NCBI GenBank assembly: GCA_965645245.1
Contig: OZ287087.1
Span: 806,001 to 870,000, forward strand
Length of the DNA: 64,000 nt
Direction of reading: 5' to 3'
From: Massalongia carnosa
Taxonomy: Eukaryota
Shown here: piece by piece, positions 59,075 to 64,000 of the stretch
How the letters are laid out: the number at the start of each line of letters is the position of its first letter
How positions within the stretch are numbered: position 1 is the first letter of the stretch
Translations under genes and position numbers: made by a program
The notes under the pieces: model-generated
Seen by the model: only the letters and a program-made list of their open reading frames with translations
What the model was told of the DNA's origin: nothing
Databases searched by the model: none

Positions 59075-59652
59075 CGTCGCGCAACGGGTTGGGTTAAACC
59101 CGTCGGGTTTAGGTCGGAGTTTCGGGTCGGGTTGGACCCCCTCGAACCCGACCTGACGGGTTCGTGTTTTTTATGCGGGTTTCCGGGTTAAACCGTTCAA
59201 CCCGGTCAGTTTTTTCTGCAAATTAAATATGAAAATTCGACGAAAATATTGTGACGAAGCGAGATAGTGAATAGATTTCTACCATTGCGCCACCTGTCCT
59301 TCCCGACCAAAAGGCATAATACTTAGTCCGCAGACCAAGCTCTATTCTACTATAACTGGGACTCCTGCTATGTTCGCTGTAGGTCCTGCCGTCCGCACCA
59401 CGCTTGGTCGAACCGTTATAAATATGACGTTTAAAGTGATAAATTTTTTGCTTACTAATCATCATTTCTTGATGACTAATTTTCGGAATTTTCGGAATTT
59501 TCAAATGTGTTTAAAACGTCTAAAAAACACGTTTAAAATTGTCATAAAAAATCGACCGGGCCGAACGGATCAAACTGGTTAACCCGGGAACGGTTCCCCA
59601 ACCCGGGAGCGGGTCGGGTTCGACTAGACAAAACCCGACCAGTTGCGCGGCG
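59075..59652. mobile_element. MITE-like TIR element containing a solo LTR
   Basis: TA-CG(T/C)CGCGCAAC.GGT.GGGT inverted ends flanked by TA; AACCCG/CGGGTT subterminal repeats. Confidence 0.75.
59250..59420. mobile_element. 171-bp solo LTR (copy of 34770)
   Basis: TSD AATAT; near-identical to 34770-34940. Confidence 0.88.
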
Positions 59653-60139
59653 TACGTATAGCCTTAAAAGGTCATCGCATCGTGGTCGCCAATAAAGAGG
59701 AATAGTAAGTAGAAGTGAGAATCTATTGACCTGGGACTGATAGAGGTAGCAGAAAAATGGGAAGCACAACTGGGGCATTAGAATTTGAAGTGAAAACGAA
59801 GAAAATTACTGCTCGATGAACAGTCTGATAGTATGATTTAAAACATTTAATAGATGATGAGTCTAAAAGGCTCGTCCTCGATGTTTTTGTGACCCCCCTT
59901 TATTCCCTCATTCCCCTTCACTTTTCCTCCTCATCTTTCCGTCCCTTGGCTAGAACCCAACCACCTCTCGAGAGCATGAGCGCTCTACCCTACTACAATA
60001 TCAATGAATTCGAAAGTAGCAAGCTTTCTTTTATTATCAAAACAGATGACGAATAAGGTTACCATTTTCTAATATCAATTAGCAATTAAGTCATTGATGT
60101 AAGCAGCAGTTCACCAGAGCGAATAGCGCGATCGAGAAA

Positions 60140-61771
60140 ATGAATACGACAACGAGTGTCGACGCCCAAGGGCAAGAGATAAGTGAAACTCACGAGCTAA
60201 CAAGCAAAGTAAGAGAATTTCTGGAAAGAGCAGATGTGATTGTAGCCGGCGCGGAGGCGAGGCGTTGGATACTCGATCTTGTTGAGTTCATAGAAAAAAC
60301 TTCATCGGAACGCGACGCGCTCGACGCGTCGACGCAGGAAAATTTTCAAGATACATTGCAGGATATTCAGCAAAGATTGAAGAAGATAGAAAAACAGGGC
60401 GAGAATAACGGCAAGGCTTTCAGCTACGCGGCGGTCGCAGCAGGAAAGCGTAAAAGCGGACAGGAAACCGAAGTGAAGAATCAAGGCCTCAACGAGGAAA
60501 ACACCCTCAGAGAGAAGAGAAAAATGAAGAAAATCATAGTGAGAATAGAAGACCCCAAGGAGCAGGAAGCCCTAGGTAAAAAGACCACAAAGGAAATAGT
60601 AGACGCCCTACGGGTCTCTAACGAAGAGGTGACGGGCATCCGACGACTACCAAGTGGAGATCTAAAAATTCACCTAAAAACACCGGAAGTCAAGGAAACC
60701 TTGCAAGCACACTCGGAATGGATAAAGAGAGTTGCTGCATCAGCGACGATACGCAAAGTAGGCTATGCAATTCTAGCTCACGGAGTTAAAATGAACGAAG
60801 TCAGAGGGTCAAAGCAAGCGAAAGCATTGGAATACTTGACAAAGGAAAACGCAGGATTGCATGAAGGACTGAAAATCAATCGAGTAGCCTGGAGCGCCAG
60901 AGCCCGCAAACAAAACAAGCGCTACGCCTCGTTACACATCGAGGTAGAAACTGCAGAAATGGCCAATCGTTTGATCCTCGTAGGACTGGCGGACGAAGGG
61001 GAAATAAAAACATGCGAGCTCTTCGAAGCCGGCTGCAAGCTCACGCAATGCTTCAATTGTCAGCAATACGGACACATCGCGAAGTTTTGCAAAAATCCCA
61101 CCGTCTGCGGGTACTGCGTCGGAAGGCACGACAACAGAAACTGCCCATGCAGCAGAACCGGAAGGTCCCTACGATGCGCAGTGTGCGGGGACAAGGGACA
61201 CCCAGCATGGGCAGCGGAATGCCAAATCAGGAAAGAGAAAAAACACCGCACGGAAATCACAAGAGAATCACGCCGGCGCTTGTACGCAGTGCCGCCCCCA
61301 CCCAAAGGAAATAAAGCAATCCTCAGCCAAGCGCAGGGGGGGCGTATGGAAGTCGTAGTCGAGGACGAAACCGAAGCAGGTCATGGGAATCAACAACACC
61401 GATCAAACAAACCCACCGACGCCTCACAAAACGAGTTCCCATCGACACACATCACCAACGAGGCGGAGCCGCAGGAAGGAGAAGAGGCGGAAAACGAAGT
61501 GGAAATGACAGAAACTACGAAGACGATAAGTAAGAGAAAAGAAAGTGCGAGATCAATTAGAGAACTGAGAGTCACTCGGTCGCGCTCGTTATCACCACAA
61601 GAAGCACAAGAACGGAGGATTCTACGAGGGAGGGAAGAATGGGGGTCGACGAGGGCAAAAATAATGAACCCAGAAAACAGAGAGTCGGTCTTCGCCAAAC
61701 CGAAAAGAGGACGTCCGATAACTAGAGCAAGAAACACCAACGAGATACAACTCAACGAAAGAATGCTATGA
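60140..61771 (+). CDS. LINE (Tad1-like) ORF1 with zinc knuckles
   Basis: CFNCQQYGHIAKFC, CGYCVGRH....C, CAVC....H......C; ATGA overlap with ORF2. Confidence 0.92.
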   Translation: MNTTTSVDAQGQEISETHELTSKVREFLERADVIVAGAEARRWILDLVEFIEKTSSERDALDASTQENFQDTLQDIQQRLKKIEKQGENNGKAFSYAAVAAGKRKSGQETEVKNQGLNEENTLREKRKMKKIIVRIEDPKEQEALGKKTTKEIVDALRVSNEEVTGIRRLPSGDLKIHLKTPEVKETLQAHSEWIKRVAASATIRKVGYAILAHGVKMNEVRGSKQAKALEYLTKENAGLHEGLKINRVAWSARARKQNKRYASLHIEVETAEMANRLILVGLADEGEIKTCELFEAGCKLTQCFNCQQYGHIAKFCKNPTVCGYCVGRHDNRNCPCSRTGRSLRCAVCGDKGHPAWAAECQIRKEKKHRTEITRESRRRLYAVPPPPKGNKAILSQAQGGRMEVVVEDETEAGHGNQQHRSNKPTDASQNEFPSTHITNEAEPQEGEEAENEVEMTETTKTISKRKESARSIRELRVTRSRSLSPQEAQERRILRGREEWGSTRAKIMNPENRESVFAKPKRGRPITRARNTNEIQLNERML

Positions 61772-64000
61772 AGAACACAGAAACCCTTACGATACTGCAG
61801 TACAATGTCAGGAAAAGTGCAAAAGGCACACTGATACCCTTGCTGTCAGATAAAAGAACACAGGATTTCGACATCATAGCTATTCAAGAACCGTGGAAAA
61901 ACCCTACGACGTTCCTACTTCTTAACCCCTATCAAAGTGGGTTCCATCTTCTTTATAAACCAGGGGGCGACACGCGAGTTTGCTTTTATATCAATAACAA
62001 AATAGACCCAGAAAGCTGGGAAGTGGAATACCCGTCAAAGGATATGAGCACATTGAAAATAAAAGTAAAAATCGGAAACGGAACAAAAATGATTCACATA
62101 CACAACGTATACAATCCATCGCCCTTATCCACTTCCTCGATAACTAGCCCGTCCACCCTATCGACCGTATTACACCAATTACAAGACCTCGGAGAGCATA
62201 TTCTTCTAGGAGACTTCAATCTCCATCACCCATACTGGGGTGGAGCAGGGGTACGAGGACAGCACGAGGCGTCCGAACAACTGCTGGACATTATAGAAAA
62301 CAAAAATCTCTCTCTCACACTTCCAAGAGGAACAATTACATGGGAAGCAAGAAACTCGACCAGCACCTTTGATCTGGTGTTCATGACAGAAGATTTAACG
62401 GAGAGATTGGAACACTGCACCACGGTCCCGGAGATGAATCAAGATTCCGATCACATACCGATTTCAACGAGACTGCGGCTCTCCTGCGAACCCCTGACAA
62501 AGCTCCCTCGAAGGGCCTGGAAACTTCTAAACATGGACAAGGTAAAAGAAATCGAGAAAAGAACCCCCGCACCACGCATGCCGCACAGCATCGAGGAAAT
62601 CGATCAATATACCAAGGAAATCCAGGATTACCTCAAGGAAATCGTAGATAAAGCAGTACCATAGGCCAGACCAAGCCCGGAGGCGAAACCCTTTTGGAAT
62701 AAGGAATGCGACGACGCAACAAGAGAGACTCGTAGGCTACGAAGAATCTGGACCGCGGAAAGAAACCTAGCGGATTAGAAAAACTACGTTAAAGCAAACG
62801 ATAAGAAACAAAAATTATCGGTAAAGCAAAAAATCTCTGCTTCAAACAGCAAATAGCCACAATCACAACTTCCCAATCCGGACTCTTCCGTCTAGCAAAG
62901 TGGGGTAAAAACAAAAGTGACGCCCCCAGAGAAATCCCAAAAATGCCCCCCCTGGCCACAACCCAGGACCCTGATACGATAGCCAATACCTTCGAAGAGA
63001 AAGCGAAAATGCTAAAGAAACCTTTCTTCCCCCTATCCCCGGACGCAGATCTCAGCGACATCGTAGGATACACGTACCCGCAAACCCCAGACTGCCCCAT
63101 CCTGATCACGAAAGAAGAATTGGCGGCAGCGCTTCGTAGGTCGAAACCAGACAAGGCACCCGGTCCGGACGGGATCACAAATAGAATTCTCAAGGCATGC
63201 TCGGAAAATCTGATCAAGTTGCTGACACCACTGTTCCAGGCCTGCGCAGAGCAGGGTTATCATCCTCGAGCGTTCAAAACCGCCAACACCATCACGCTGA
63301 AGAAACCAGGAAAGAGTAATTACGCGGATCCTAAGGCGTGGAGACCCATTGCGCTCCTAAACACGCTTGGAAAAATGCTAGAATCCATTATAGCAAGGAA
63401 AATAAGCTATTTAACGGAAAAATTCAGATTAATTCCAGACACGCAAATGGGAGCAAGACCAGGCCGCGCAACGGACACAGCGCTCGAACTGCTCATGGAG
63501 CAGGTACACACAGTCTGGAATCAAGGGAAAGACAAAGTAGCATCGCTTCTTAGTATCGACGTCTCAGGCGCCTTCGATACGGTTTCACATCGTAGGCTCA
63601 TTCATAATCTGAGAAAGAGAAACTTTCCGGAATGGATCACGAAATGGACAGAAAGCTTCCTCAAGGAAAGAGAAACCACTCTCACTATCAATCAACGAAC
63701 AACCAACGCATTCCAGCTGAATATAGGAATTCCGCAAGGATCTCCTTTGTCTCCCATTCTATATCTCTTTTATAATGCAGACTTACTCGATATTTGCAAT
63801 AGACCAGGTACCAACGCAGCGGGCATGGGTTTCGTAGACGACGTCAATATTCTGGCGTACGGAAAGTCCACCGAAGAGAATTGCAAAACGCTGGAAAAAA
63901 TACACAACGACTGCGAACGATGGGCCGCTCGCCACGGCTCCGTATTCGCGCCACACAAATACGAGCTGATACACCTGGCAAAGAATCCAAAGAAATTCAA
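61768..64000 (+). pseudogene. LINE ORF2 (APE endonuclease and RT), disrupted, runs off the window
   Basis: ILQYNV, IQEP, GDFN.HHP.W, SDH; TAG at 62662 and near 62776; frameshift near 62810; then KAPGPDG, WRPIALLNTLGK, GIPQGSPLSP, FVDD. Confidence 0.92.

Noticed and set aside
1..64000. Starship captain or other tyrosine-recombinase element; tRNA or rRNA genes
   Set aside because: No such ORF motifs or RNA gene structures were seen in the window

Overview
Eukaryotic (filamentous ascomycete-like) DNA that is almost entirely a nest of transposable elements. It holds two related Ty3/Gypsy chromoviruses, a truncated Gypsy, a Gypsy gag-bearing element with no pol, three Ty1/Copia elements, three Tc1/mariner transposons, a Mutator-like transposase remnant between short TIRs, a MITE, a Tad1-like LINE running off the right edge, about twelve solo LTRs with recognisable 5-bp TSDs, and several satellites. 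The one intact non-TE gene (44793-47096, +) has the full architecture and motifs of a Spok-type spore-killer (meiotic-drive toxin-antidote) protein: coiled-coil repeats, PD-(D/E)XK nuclease, Cys/His cluster and kinase. Other notable signals are a 79-nt antisense RT fragment placed directly after the stop codon of the pol-less gag, an in-frame UGA-CAA-CCA readthrough junction in a young Copia, Tf1-like self-priming sites with compensatory changes, and a conserved -1 frameshift hairpin. All identities were read by eye and no database searches were run.
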